A stretch of DNA of 64,000 nucleotides. It comes from Eledone cirrhosa. Lineage: Eukaryota. The stretch is taken from NCBI GenBank assembly GCA_964016885.1, contig OZ024740.1:134602001-134666000 (forward strand), in the 5' to 3' direction. Below are positions 25,235-38,418 of this stretch, one piece after another. Under the pieces are notes generated by a model. It saw only the letters and a list, made by a program, of their open reading frames with translations, was not told the origin of the DNA and did no database searches. Position 1 is the first letter of the stretch. Every line of letters begins with the position of its first letter. The position numbers and the translations under genes were made by a program.

Positions 25235-27114
25235 CTAGTGTGAAAGGTGATCCTGCTTCTTCTTTGTCAGTTTATCCAGTTGTGGTTCAATTGATGACAG
25301 TGCCACGCGCAATGGAGAATGAATATCTATATTATTCCTGTACTTTATCTTAATAACACTCATGGTTGAGAAGCCAGTCTCGCAGAGGTATGTTGAAGGA
25401 AATGGGAGAAGAGTTTTCAGAGCAATTTCACTAAGCTCAGGATATTCTGCTTTCACTTTTATCCAAAATGAACCAAGTGATGTAGTTTCGAAATTTCTCT
25501 TCAATCCTCCGTCAGCAGCCAGGCCAGCAATTTATCCTCCATACTGACACTTAAGTCATCTTGCAGTGAAATAAACGGATTTCGGATTCATCCATTCCCT
25601 TTCCGTGGAGGATCTTCTGCTGGGAAGTAAAACTGAAACCGGTCTGCCAGATTCGTCAAGTGTTCACTGATGACATTTCATAGAGATGTAATATCAAGGT
25701 CTTCGCCGGCATCACCGATGATTGTCGCTAATTGATGAAACATGTCATAACAATCTCTTGACACTCAACTCTTCCATGCTTCTAGCTTTCGTTTCTGTCA
25801 GTCGATCTTGTCTGCCATTGTAAAACGCGAAGCCATCTTTCCCTGCATGGAGGTGTTGAGATCATTAAAGATGGCAAAGATATCAGCCAAATAAGCCAGC
25901 TTGGCTAGCCAATCCACATCTGTGAACAATTGTGACCAATTTGGTTTTTTGTCCTGAAGAAACTCGAAAAGCTTGTTTTGTAGCTCAAATACTCTTGACA
26001 GGACTTTACCCCTCGATAGCCAACGTACATCGGCATGCAATAGGAGCTGTTTGTGATAAGCTCCCATATTATCACATAATGCAGTGAATAGTCTCGAATT
26101 TAAAGCATTCGCCTTTACATGGTTCACAATTTTTACAATCTCGCTGAGTACACTGTTTAGTTCTGTGGACATTTTTTTGGTTGCTAGACTTTCTCGGTGA
26201 AGGGAGCAGTGTGTCGACTTGCATTCTGGGGCATGCGCCTTAATCTGGGTAACCACTCCCGAATGCCATCCTATTGCGGCAACGCCATCAGAACACACGC
26301 CTACACAAAACTTGAAATCCAACCTACATTTGTTAACGATGTAGTCACTCACAGTCTTGAACACTTCAGAACTAGTTGTTTTTGTTGGTAGTGAAGCAGA
26401 GAAAAAAAACTCTTCCTTCAAATCAGCATCATGTTCAAAGCGCGCATACACCATCAGAATTGCTTGATTAGCAAAGTCTGTACATTCATCAAGCTGCAAA
26501 GAAAAGTACTTTGCTAATTTAATTTGTTCTATGAGCTGATCTTCCATATCATGAGCCAGATCACGAATTTGTTGAGCTATAGTGTCATTTGAAAGTGGCA
26601 CCTGAACCACTTTCTTTGCCGCTGGCTCGCCTAGCATTTCCATGCAGACATCTTTAATACAGCCTATCACTAGCATCTCACCGATTGTGTATGGCTTTTT
26701 AGCCTTGGCAACTTGAAGTGCTACTTTATAAGAAGCACGCAAAGCATAAGTATTTATGTGTGACACTTCAAAGATCTGTTTCTGACGGCCTTTTAAATCA
26801 ACATGCTTTCTTTCAAAGAACTCTTTTGGCTTTGAACTCATTTCTTTATGTTTTGTATTAAATGTCTCTTGAGATTTGATGGCTTCATTGACTCGTTAGC
26901 CAACACTTCTCCACAAATTACACACTGTGGTTTTTGCATTCCCCCATCATTCGTGGCTACAAAACCGAATTGAATGTATGAGGAGTCATATTTCCGAGTA
27001 AAGCTAGTACTTCGGTTTCATTTACATCGCCTTCATCTGATTCAAAATTACTTGCGGGTTCAGCAACCGGATGTTTTGGCTTGATAAATATGTCCATAGA
27101 GCCTCACTTCGCCA
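25235..27114 (-). pseudogene. Disrupted Buster-type hAT transposase (ZBED5/ZBED8-like)
   Basis: ORFs 25798-26841 and 25235-25504 with FSLQLDECTD, SDG, HC.LHRE.LA, VRWLSRG and STYLCETGFS; frameshifts and stops between them. Confidence 0.92.
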
Positions 27115-27787
27115 TCTGTAAATTAGGGATAGAAATAATTAATATAAATTCCATAACCCCAGGTATATACTTCTGACTTGCTTGTGAGCACCGTGTGTTG
27201 CAAACCAAAAATTGGCTTAGGTGAACCAGTTAGCCGCTACCTGAGGCCCTCCATATATACGACACTCTGATTTCACAAGTTTATTCATCCCCCCCAAAAA
27301 ACAAGGGGGGTTCAACATACAAACTGCTTCTCACGAGTACTAGGGAAACTTCCCTAAAAAACTTATAGCAATCTTCTTCAGACAGATCTCTTCACATGGC
27401 ATATTATACAAAACTCGGGGTTTATTTCATTACCAGGGCACTAGGGAATTTACAAAATTAACAGGGGAAGGTGGGGGTGTGGGTGTATAGTCTGGTTTGG
27501 GGGAGGCGTGAAGGGGATGACGCCTGTTTGATGGTGTCGAGGCGGGAGAGGAGGAGAATTGTTTATCGTTACTTATCCACTCACCTAATCTTGATCACAC
27601 CAGCAAATATATAACATCTACTTCTCTACATCCTTATACGTCATAATCTCAATACCACAAGGCCAGATGACACTTCTTTTTATCATGAGAAAGGAATGAA
27701 TACAGAACAAGTCAGTCACCTGTTTGATGGCGTCGAGGCAAGAGAGGAGGTTAAGGGATTACAGAGGGCATAACATTAATTTACTGA

Positions 27788-27970
27788 GGGGTGGATTGGC
27801 AGTATCGGTAGAGGGACGGACGCCATGCTTTGACGCATAGTGACGTCCCTTTACGATCTGAGTTCAAATCCCGCCGAGGTTGACTTTGCCTTTCATCCTT
27901 ACGGGGTCGATAAAATAAAGTACCAGTAATGCACTGGGTAATTGCTGGCCTTGTGCCTAAAGTAGAAACA
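27788..27970 (+). mobile_element. SINE family A, nested in the Buster element
   Basis: Full-length copy; TSD ATTAATTTACTGAGGG. Confidence 0.88.
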
Positions 27971-30357
27971 ATTAATTTACTGAGGGAATACCACGTAAAT
28001 AATGTTTTTTTACTGTTAAGAATTAATCAGGCTATTTTAAGCGTGAGAAAACAGTTACATTAAGGGAAGAAATAATTTATTTGAAGATACGGGCCGAAGT
28101 AAAGGGAGCATGGTTTTGAAGGGAGACTAAAGTATCATTGGCGGCATTACAATATCACAAATATACTACATTTACTTACATAATCTCTAACATAGCCGGT
28201 AAATACCACGCGTCACCACCGGCCAACTGATAAGTTGTTTACTTACTGCAGTAGGTCGTTTAGTCACCGAACCTGATGCTGCACGGTCCATTTTCTGTTA
28301 TTTGACTTTCTTTCTTCATAGAAAACTATGATATATTATCAACTTATATTTTTACTATCAGGTTAATTTACCTATTATTGTCATATAATGTTCACCCCCA
28401 GTTTTCATTGCATAAGGACAAATTACTGAAACTAGCAGTCACAGCCTAAAATTTCCTTGAAATTCCTTAGATTCTACCAATTCCTCAAATGATTCCTTAG
28501 CATGGCCTGGACACTGGCCGCATACCGGTAGCTGATGGCTCGCGTACCGGCACTGGTCTGCAGACCACCACTTTGAGTAGCACTGCATTAGACAATGCAG
28601 GTGCCCTTTCACAGCAATTGTCATACATGGTAAAATGAAATGAAGTGTACCTGATTGGTGTGTATATGTAAATTTTGAATGATTTATTAATAAAAAGAAA
28701 TAACACAACATGCATGGACATCACTTTATCTCTTTTCCATGTATCTACAGGAATTTTGTCTATGTAAATTCAGAATGATTTATTGGTAAAAGAAAATGTT
28801 TCAAATTAAGTTATGTTTGTTAATGATTAAAGAAAATATGAAAGAAAATAATTGTGAAAATAATTGTGATTGATATAAAATTATTGATCAGAGTTTGCAA
28901 AAGAATGGCAGTAATGCAGTCTTAGATTCCTATAAAACTACAAAAAGTTAGGATGGCAGTAATGCAGTCTTAGATTCCTATAAAACTACAAAAAGTTAGG
29001 ATGATCAAGCTCAAACTCTTTTAATTAGAAGTCTGCTGAACCAGAGGTATCTTGAGGCTAAACAACAAAAATGATTGTTTCTAATTTAGGCACAAGGCCA
29101 TCAATTTAGGGAGGAGGAAATGAAAATTGATTATATCGATCTAGTACTTGACTGATACTTTATTGTATTGATCTCAGAAGGTAAAAAAGTAAAGTTGATC
29201 TCAGTGAGATTTGAACTCAGAATGTAAAGAGCTGTAACTGAATGTCACAATGCATTTTGTCCAAAAGCTATAACGATTATGCAAATTCGAAAAGAAATAG
29301 ATCATATAGATACATCACAAAACAAAACAACTTAAGCAACAATGCCAGTAAATTCTTTATACAAAGTAACTAACACTTGAGGCAAACAAAAGAGCACAAA
29401 AATAGCATGATTTGCAATGTTCCCCTCTCTACATAACAAATGGTTGACTAAACAGCTAACATTGTTGAAATCTAAACATGATTTTAACAAATGTGCTCTA
29501 TACATTTGCAGTGTATATGGAGAGGGACTTTATATACAACTCCAATTCTACAGATATCAAAATTCTGTAGATGATGAGTGACTTCATCAAAGGAACAATA
29601 TTCAGTGTTCAATACCCCATCACACAATTTCATTGAGATCATATGTTTCCTACAACTAAGATAATTTGAATTTTAAACTTCATGTTACCCATCCCAGGAT
29701 ACATACAGATGGATCAAACTCACAAGTTATAAATTTTTATATACTAAATGTCCATTCTGTGAGAAATAAAACTGTTCACATAACAGAACACATAAATGAA
29801 CATTGGTATTGTAGCCATAGCAGAGTCTTCGCTGACTTAACCCTCTAGCATTTACATTACTCTATATATGATTTTGTATTTTTGTGGTAAAGGCTTTATC
29901 TTACATCATTATTTCACATAATATCGAATGTATGAGATTTTGATGTTATTTATTTTGAGAACAATACCTTAACGTCAGTATGAGCAGCCGGTTACAGCCA
30001 GTTTGAACAGAAAGAGGTGAGATCATTCTGGCCAGATATGGGCGGTTTAAATGCTAAAGGGTTAGAGCAAATGACATTGATATTATAACCATAACAAAAT
30101 CTTGGCTGGCTTAAAGCAGATGACATTGATATTTAGTCATAACAGTGTTGCCATAGAGCAGATGACATTATAAAAGTAGCAGAACTAACATCAAGTAAAT
30201 ACAAGATTAAACATAGACATGAATATGATACACTAGGGTGGTGGAATAGCAATTATTTATAAAGAAGGACTTCTGAAGTGCAAACAAGTAAACACAAGCC
30301 TATATCGTTCAATTTTATAGAGGTTCATATCTTAGTAAATTTAAAATTAACAATAAT

Positions 30358-30542
30358 TGTTTCTACTTTTGGCACAAGGCCAGCAATTACCCAGTACATT
30401 ACTGGTACTTTATTTTATCGACCCTGTAAGGATGAAAGGCAAAGTTAACCTCGGCGGGATTTGAACTCAGACTGTAAAGAGACATAACTATGCTGGAAAG
30501 CATGTCATCCGACTCGCTGCCGATACTGCCAATCCACTGCCC
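30358..30542 (-). mobile_element. SINE family A
   Basis: Full-length copy; TSD AATTTAAAATTAACAATAAT. Confidence 0.88.
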
Positions 30543-31064
30543 TAATTTAAAATTAACAATAATGATAACTGTTTACTTTATGCAATCTTCAAAAAACAAT
30601 AAATTAATAACAAAAATATTTTTAAGGAATTTGGTGATCTGCTTGCCCACTACACATTGTTACCAGGCTTGCTTATTACTGGGAGTGATTTCAACTTTTA
30701 TGTAGTTATGCCATCAAATCTAGATACAAAATACCTGAATGATTTGTTGGTATCACTGAACTGCAAACAATAGATTAATGAAACTACACATAAAAGTGGA
30801 TACATCTTAGACCTCATAACTACATAAAGTGAATATACATATATAGAATGTTTACAGATTCATAATGAAATCGAAGCAAATCACTATTCTGTGATGTGCC
30901 AACAGCATCTTCAAAAACTAAAACTGTAGAAGAAAATGATATGTTACAATAGATTAAAAGGAATTGACATGGATGTCTTTAGAAATGACATCATAAAGAT
31001 TACCTGAAACGTTGAATCAGATAATTGTGATATTATTGATGAATGTAACAGTATGTTAGGTCAG

Positions 31065-31540
31065 GCTTCTACCTGATACTGGTACCATGTAACCCAGTAC
31101 AACATTCTCCATGGTTGAAGGGTCAGTGACTACCCCCCCCCCTCCACACACACACACCTAATCTTGGTCTGGTGAGGAAGTAAGTGGAACCCCAGCAGCA
31201 TAAAAACAAACAAGCGCTGTTAAAAGAGTGGATGAGTACCTCAGAGTTAACAGCTACCCCCCCCCCCCAACTATAAGTTAAATGGCCTCAACAACCTGCA
31301 ATTGGCCAAGTGTGGTGAGAATGGCTACACCCCTGATATGACCAAAATAAAAGAGAAAGTGGTGGAGGTTAACCATGGAGGGTTTCCTCCAATAAGAGTG
31401 AAAAGGCTTTGGATTTGATTGGATAACAATAAAATAAAAGAATTATCAGGTAAGCATGTACTGGTAAAGGCAAAGTCCATGTATTTGAGAAAGAAACCAC
31501 CTTGGTTCAGTGGCAATATATTAGAGGAAGAGGAAAAAAC
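31065..31540 (+). mobile_element. Internally deleted RLE-type (HERO/NeSL-like) non-LTR remnant
   Basis: Leader similar to 41510-41700, followed by a decayed VEV..GGF...W C-terminal motif; clade assignment is tentative. Confidence 0.4.
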
Positions 31541-31695
31541 AAAGGCAACTTAAAGACAATGGCAAAGAATAGAACTAATAGTTCACAGAGATATGTTCAA
31601 GGAACAAGAAACATAAAAACTCAGTATTATTTCAATATGATAGGGGTAATTGCTGGCCTTGTGCCTAAAGTAGAAACAATTATTTCAATATGATA

Positions 31696-31882
31696 GGGCG
31701 GTGAATTGGCAGTATCAGTAGAGGGTCGGACGTCATGCTTTACAGCAAAGTGTTACGGCCCTTTATGATCTGAGTTCAAATCCCGCCGAGGTTAACTTTG
31801 CCTTTGATCCTTACGAGGTCGATAAAATAAAGTACCAGTAATGTACTGGGTAATTGCTGGCCTTGTGCCAAAAGTAGAAACA
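31696..31882 (+). mobile_element. SINE family A
   Basis: Full-length copy; TSD ATTATTTCAATATGATA. Confidence 0.88.
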
Positions 31883-32149
31883 ATTATTTCAATATGATAA
31901 ATGAAAAAACAAGTAACCAAAATGCTTTATATAAAACCATTGATAATTTCATGAATCAAAGATAGAGGTTACCACTCCCACCACATGATGACTCAAAACA
32001 TCTTGTAGATTCCTTTTCAGAATATATTATGCATGAAATCAAAATTATAGATGATGGTCTGAGTTCAGTTAAATCAATAGTAAAAGCATACATCAAGGCA
32101 CTAAGGTTCAAACAAATACTGATTCATTTCAACATAGTCACCATAAATG

Positions 32150-32435
32150 TGGAGGCACATGGCTTAGTGGTAAGTGTGTTAGACTTACAATCATAATGCC
32201 ATGGATTCAATTCCTGGGCTGGGTTGTGTGTTGTGTTCTTGAGGAAAACACTTCATTTTATGTTGCTCCAGTATACTCAGCTGAAAATGAGTACCAGCAA
32301 TAGCTGGAGGTTTAACCTTGTGATGGACTGGCATCATGTCCAGGGGGAGTTTTGTACTCTCAGTCATTTCATGCCACGAAACTGGGATAAGCACCAGCCT
32401 AACAAGCCTCCTGGCTTGAGACAGATTTTAGACTT
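32150..32435 (+). mobile_element. tRNA-headed SINE family B
   Basis: TGGCTTAGTGG A box, GATTCAATTCC B box, central GCTCCAGTATACTCAGCTG..AATGAGTACC and GATGGACTGGCATC domains. Other copies at 3957-4150 (+), 5215-5347 (-), 16850-17122 (-) and 36650-36912 (-). Confidence 0.82.
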
Positions 32436-33185
32436 TAGACACCATAAATGAAGTCAAAGAGACCATGCAAGTCAAGTGAATTAGATATGATACCAACATC
32501 CATATTTAAGGAATTTATTGATAAACTAGCTCCAATCATCACCATCATAGCAACCATTCCTTTGACACAGGTCATGTGTGGCATATTAAAAGCTCCTCTA
32601 GTAACTCCACTCCTGATAAAACTCACACTGTACCTGTTATTCAAGTATTACATACCAGTAATTTATTTCCAAAACTATAGAACAAGTTGCAGCTTCTCAG
32701 TTAGTTACATTTGTGGAGTTAAATAATCTCTGTGAAACATTTCAATTTATATACAAGGAGTATCATAGTATAGAAGCAGCATTGGTGCTTGTCCATGATG
32801 ATATTTTAATGGCAATGGACAATCAAGAAATATGTCTACCCAATTGGATTTATCATTATGAAGGAGTGATGCTAGAATCTTGAATGCATTAATTTAGGCC
32901 AAAGCAAGATGACACACAGGAGGCAGTTGATCAAACTACTGCCTGAGGTTCATGAATGGTTTGCTAACAACAATCTTAAGCTGAATGATGATAAGACAGA
33001 AGTTCTGCTTATAGGCAGGAAGCCAGAAAGAATGAAACTATATATGTCATCGCTACACATTAGTAACTATGATGGTGTGCCACAAATTAACCCAGGAACA
33101 CAAGAGTAATGTTTGGCAAATACATGGATAGGCATATCACAACGGTATGCCAGTCAGCATGCATGCATATGTGGAAGATAGGCAT

Positions 33186-33361
33186 AGAGGTGACCTAAAA
33201 AGTTCATAGGCTGACTATGCAGGAGTGATGCTAGAGCTGTGAAATCTTGCATGCATTAATTTCAACTCTTATTAATAACTACATTGTTTCTTTCCAGGTA
33301 AACTGTTCAAAGAAGACTTCAAAAGTAACTAGTATCGCTTCACTTGAAAATGAAAAAATTT
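33186..33361 (+). mobile_element. Mariner-like left-end fragment
   Basis: TAGAGGTGACCTAAAAAGTT TIR-like start, ending at ATGAAAAAATT (MEKI-like transposase start); part of it is repeated at 32862-32896. Confidence 0.45.
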
Positions 33362-35043
33362 GGCAGAAGACTGCAACTCATTCAGAATATTGCAGCTAGA
33401 TAATTGTAAGAAGGAAATATAAGCATATCTCTGAACATATTGGGGCTCTACACTGGCTTCCTATAACATCCAAGTAATAATTAAATTTCTACTGCTCACA
33501 TCCAACACTGTACTTGGGCTTTCTCCTCAATACATTAGTATACTGTATTGTGAAAAAGAATCATTGGTGTATCTAATATCAAGTAGCATGAGAATGAAGA
33601 GCTATGAAGAGCTATGGTTTTCTGTAAGTCAGCTCTAGCTCTCTGGAATTGGCTCTCCATGGTACCGAGCTTCTTCTTTATGAACTATACTATCTGTGTT
33701 GTCTTTCTGATCAAATATGGAGACTTGCCTTTTCAGGTAATTACATCAGTGAACTACCTTCAACATCTTAGAGTTATACGTATAAATGAATGAATGGTTA
33801 AGGCACCTATGAACATTTTTTTCGCTTTGATAGATATATGACGCTATATAAGTGGGGTGGTGGATTGGCAGAATTGGTAGAGCGTCCAACAAAACGCATT
33901 GCAGCATATAGCTACATCCTTTTACGTTTTGAGTTCAAATCAAGCCGAGGTTAGCTTTGCCTTTCATCCTTACGGGGTCGATAAAATAAAGCACCAGTAA
34001 TTCACTGGAGTCGATTTAATCGACTTTCCCGTTCCTCAAAATTTCTGGTCTTGTGCCTAAAGTAGAAACAATTATTATTATAAGAGCCTTTCTCATTGAC
34101 AGCACAGTAATCATACAAAAATAATACCAGACGTAAGATCATCAAAACAAGTCATCACCTATGATGTCAGTTCTGGCGTATATACTGTAATAACATACAT
34201 ACTGGAGCCAACGAGGAAACCTCTATGGGATTGCTTAATTTGCTAGAAACAACAGTTAAATCACCTGCAAATTACACCTTTCTGTCTTTAGAAAAGAAAG
34301 GAGACATTGCATAACGTAGTCCTACATATACTATAACTGAAACTAAACAGGATGGTTATGACTTTTGTTCAAAAGTCTGCTCGATGATGGGTCAACACGA
34401 TATATATATATATATGGAGGCGAATGTAAGACACCTCTCCTCTAGAACAAAATATTTTCCAGTAGCCCCCCTCCCCCTCTAGGACAAAACACATTTAAAA
34501 TGTAAAGTGCAACAAGAACTCAGCGACTAAAACAAAACACGTAATAATTAGAAGTTTTTTTTTAAAGCCATTAAAAATTAAATAATTAATTTATTGTTTG
34601 ATTTTAGTAGTTTGAATTGAAAACAATGTGAGAAAGTGAAAGAGTACAATAATTACATCACTTTCATTAATAGAACGTTTACTGCCTCGGACAATATGCT
34701 ACGTCGTATTCAGTCAGTTCTTTACGTTCTCAATCAATTCAAATTCAATTTTGCCTTTCATCTTTTCGGGGATAGATAGATTAAATTCTCAGTCAAATAC
34801 TGTGGTCGTTTTATCGACTTCCACTCCCACCAAATGATTTTGCTCAAAACATTCATTGAAAATGACTTAGCATTTGAAACGTGAGGGGTTTCTGCTACCA
34901 TTACATCATTGCTTTTTCCTTTCGTAAAATATTTCCTTGAAACATTTTTCTTCTTTTCTGACACAAATTTATTGTCTAGATAACGGTTTTGTTTCTTGAA
35001 GCCACTATGACTTTTGAATCATTTGTTATAATAGTATATAATC

Positions 35044-35239
35044 CAAACCTGCCAACCTCTAAAAACGACAAACGAGGTGTACCATGGGAAAAGGTGCCCC
35101 AAAACGAGGAGAAATGAGGCAAAATTGAGAGATTTTACATAATGAAAGCTATACCCATTTTCACAAGAGAAGACATCTCTCACCCACCTCAAAGTAGGTG
35201 GGAGATCTCCCCGTTGGACGGGGAGAGTTGACAGGTCTG
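35044..35239 (+). mobile_element. MITE (TIR CARACCTGYCAAC), copy 1
   Basis: Terminal inverted repeats; flanks ATAATC / CTAATC; homologous to 39100-39294 and 53656-53825. Confidence 0.85.
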
Positions 35240-38200
35240 CTAATCCAATAGACACCATATATTGTAACAAAACGATTATTGTGATCAAAATTACTGAGAT
35301 CTCATACACAGTTAAGGTACTGTTATATTATGTTGATGTCAGCAAAGTAGGTCAGTGTCTCCACGTACGCTGACCGCTGGGCATCACAATGTTCATTTTA
35401 ACTTTGATTCGAATTCTCGTCAGTTTTTCTGGAGGACAGTATCCCAGCAGAATCATTTACAGTTTATCAAAGATAAGACTTTCTTAAGACCATTCTACAC
35501 TCGTTTCTTGGAAGACATACATCACAGAGTTTCTCCAGCAAGCAGAAATATGTAGCGCTTAGCCAAACACCCGGCCTTCTCGACAAGGGCCCGACAGCAT
35601 TCCTCACATTAGTATTTCAACAAAGGTCAGTACACACACCACTGTAAATAATATCTTCTGAATTATTGCACACACGCATACACCACAACAAAATAAGCCT
35701 TGTTTTCTCATATTGTCAACAATAGCCTCGTAGCAGGTTACTTACATAATAAATATATCTAAATAGCGATCTTGGTTTATTTGTTCATTCAACGGCATTT
35801 CACGCAGCGCTTCATATTGGACAGACCAACACTATACACAATCAACCACCAAGCCAACAACATTATTACTACTACATTTTTGCTTGGAGATAATTCATTG
35901 TAAAATTCTTTTTGGCGGAAAGATGGGCTCCCTGGCCATTGGAGCCCTGTGCGTAAGCACACATAAGCACAATGGTAAATCCGGCACTGACTATATCTCC
36001 CATGCCAAAGTGAACAACAATACCAAACCAAAACCAAAACACCACACGCTACAACAACCAATAAAATTCCCATTGCTACAATATCTGCTTAATGTTATCA
36101 GTCAGTTATTGTCGTCTAGAAGTGATCACAATAAGTTGCTTTCATATTATTTACATATTTGCTCTTTAAGGAAACATGCTTCTTCGGCTAAACATAAAAG
36201 AATAGTGCTGCAATAAACTAAATTCTGCAACAAACTATCAAAGCATTTTTTCAACAGCAAAATACAGGTTTGCTGTTTTTCTTGTGAGAGGGGAATAAAA
36301 AAAAAGCTGATAAAAATGTCCTCATCGTTCATGTTCCTTCCATGTCATAGATTTATTCAAGTAGAGTTGATCGGGATTATCCAAAAACAAAACACAGATT
36401 AAATAATATGAATCTCGTAAAATTTATAAATAATATTTTATTATGCAATAGAAAATATATTGTATGATAGTAACAGTAAAATGGTGGAAAAATGCTTTGT
36501 AGTATTTAGTTATATCTCCTGTATACTCAGAGTTGAAATTATAAGTCTTTTGGGGTTTGCAGTTTATAAGCCTCCAAAAATGAAGTTAAAAAAAATTATT
36601 TCATTTGTCAATGCTGTATTAAAAATACAAAAAGATCTTAAGTCTATCCCAAGCCCTGAGGCCCTCCAAGACGGTGTTTATCCCGGTTTCCTCGGCGTTA
36701 AGTGACTAAAAGTACAATACTCCCCCCCCCCCCCCCATCACCACTGGACTAGACGCTAGTCTGTCTTCCAGTTAATGCCGGTACTCGTGTACTAGAGCTT
36801 GGAGAAACGAAGTGTTTTGCTCAAAAACACAACGCACCACTCGGTTCAAGAATTGAAGCCACGGCATTAGGATCGTAAATCTAATACCTTAACCACTTAG
36901 CCATGTGCCTTCACTAATTAAAGTATATGTGCTTTAAATTATCTATTTTGAAAAGCATTCAGTTAATATGTTGTAAATATATTTGTAATAAACGTACTGT
37001 GATAAAATAAAAATACCAAGGGCCTCACAGTATTCATCGCCCAGGAGCCTAGAAAATCTGTCACTGAGTCAATAAAATGAGTACTTGTCATGTACTGCAA
37101 CGGATTGAATGAACTGTGCCATCTTTTAAAATGTGTAGTTTGTGCCAGAATTAGAAATCATTTGGCAGTAATCGGTAGAGTTGCAGTTCTTTACGTTCTG
37201 AGTTCAAATCCCGCCGAGGTTAATTTTGTTTTTCATCCTTACGGGGCTGATAAAATAAAGTACCAGTCACACACTGGGGTCGATTTAATCGACTTTCCCC
37301 TCCCCCCAAAAAAACATTGCTGGCCCTGTGCCTAAATCAGAAACCATTAAAGTAAATCCAGTCGTGGTTAACTTTGCCTTTCATCCTTACGGGGTCGATA
37401 AAATAAAGTACCAGTAATGCACTGGATAATTGCTGGCCTTTAAATGCGCACCACACCTACTTTTTCGCTATAGGCGATGAACTGGCAAAGCCGTTAGAAT
37501 GCTTTGCAATATTCAGTCCAGCTAAAGGGCGGTGGATTGGCAGTATCGGTAGAGGGTCGGACACCATGCTTTGAAGCATAGAGTTACGGCCCTTTATGAT
37601 CTGAGTTCAAATCCCGCCGAGGTTAACTTTACCTTTCATCCTTACGGAGTCGATAAAATAAAGTACCAGTCACGCACTGGGGGTCGATTTAATCGACTTT
37701 CCCCTCCCTCAAAATTGCTGGCCTTGTTCCTATATAAGAAACCAATATTCAGTCCAGCTCTATGAATTCAAATCCCGCCAAAGTCAACTTTCATCTTTTC
37801 CGAGGACTTTAAACAAAGTACTAATCCAATATTGGGATATATATATGAAACACAATGCGTTATGAAGATTATTAAATTGCCAAGATAACAAAATAATCTT
37901 ACGTTAGCACATTTAACGATCTCAAATATTTTCGGGTTTAAAAACCCATTATCGATTGGATAGACTTGTTTGTATGGGAGCAGATTTTTTTTTTTTTTCA
38001 CTTAAATCTGCTCCCATACAAACAAGTCTATCCGATCGATTTTTTAAGTCTCTTGTAGGGTTACTCACTTGATAATGGGATCGTCAAATTTGCTAAGGCA
38101 AGATTCTTTTGTTATCTTGGCAATTTTAACAATCTTCATAACGCATTGTGTTGGTCTTCAAAATTTAAATTTGTGTTTCCTATTAAACTCTGTTTTTTAT

Positions 38201-38418
38201 ATATATATATATATATATATGAACGAGTAGGACCCCGACGGCTGAGTTCAAGCCGTTTCGACGGCTAATTCTGGATTAGCCGTCGCAACGGCTTGAGCTC
38301 AGCCGTCGGGGTCCTACTCGTTCCCATTACCCACTCTACTACCCTAAGTATTGAGTACTTTGGTGCGTTATGGTCCACCTGGTTCCTTACCACATTTCCT
38401 TCGTTATATATATATATA

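Larger units (their letters stand above)
24777..28585 (-). mobile_element. Full-length hAT transposon, Buster/Charlie group
   Basis: TIRs CAGTGCTTCTCAAA / TTTGAGTAGCACTG. Perfect 8-bp TSD CATTAGAC (24769-24776 and 28586-28593) fits the Buster NNNTANNN pattern. Confidence 0.95.
30620..33810 (+). mobile_element. Highly decayed L2/CR1-group LINE interrupted by younger insertions
   Basis: Collinear peptide remnants: DFNF, THKSGYILDL, LD.IPT, VHDDIL.AMD, WF..N.LKLN.DKTEVLLIG, LHWLPI. Confidence 0.7.

Noticed and set aside
28905-29003. Exact 48-bp tandem duplication
   Set aside because: Real but an ordinary local slippage duplication with no further structure.
35870-36003. Minus-strand small ORF MGDIVSAGFTIVLMCAYAQG..., signal-peptide-like candidate for the LBP/BPI first exon
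   Set aside because: No NPG..RIT..GL.Y motif and no phase-1 donor before the stop.
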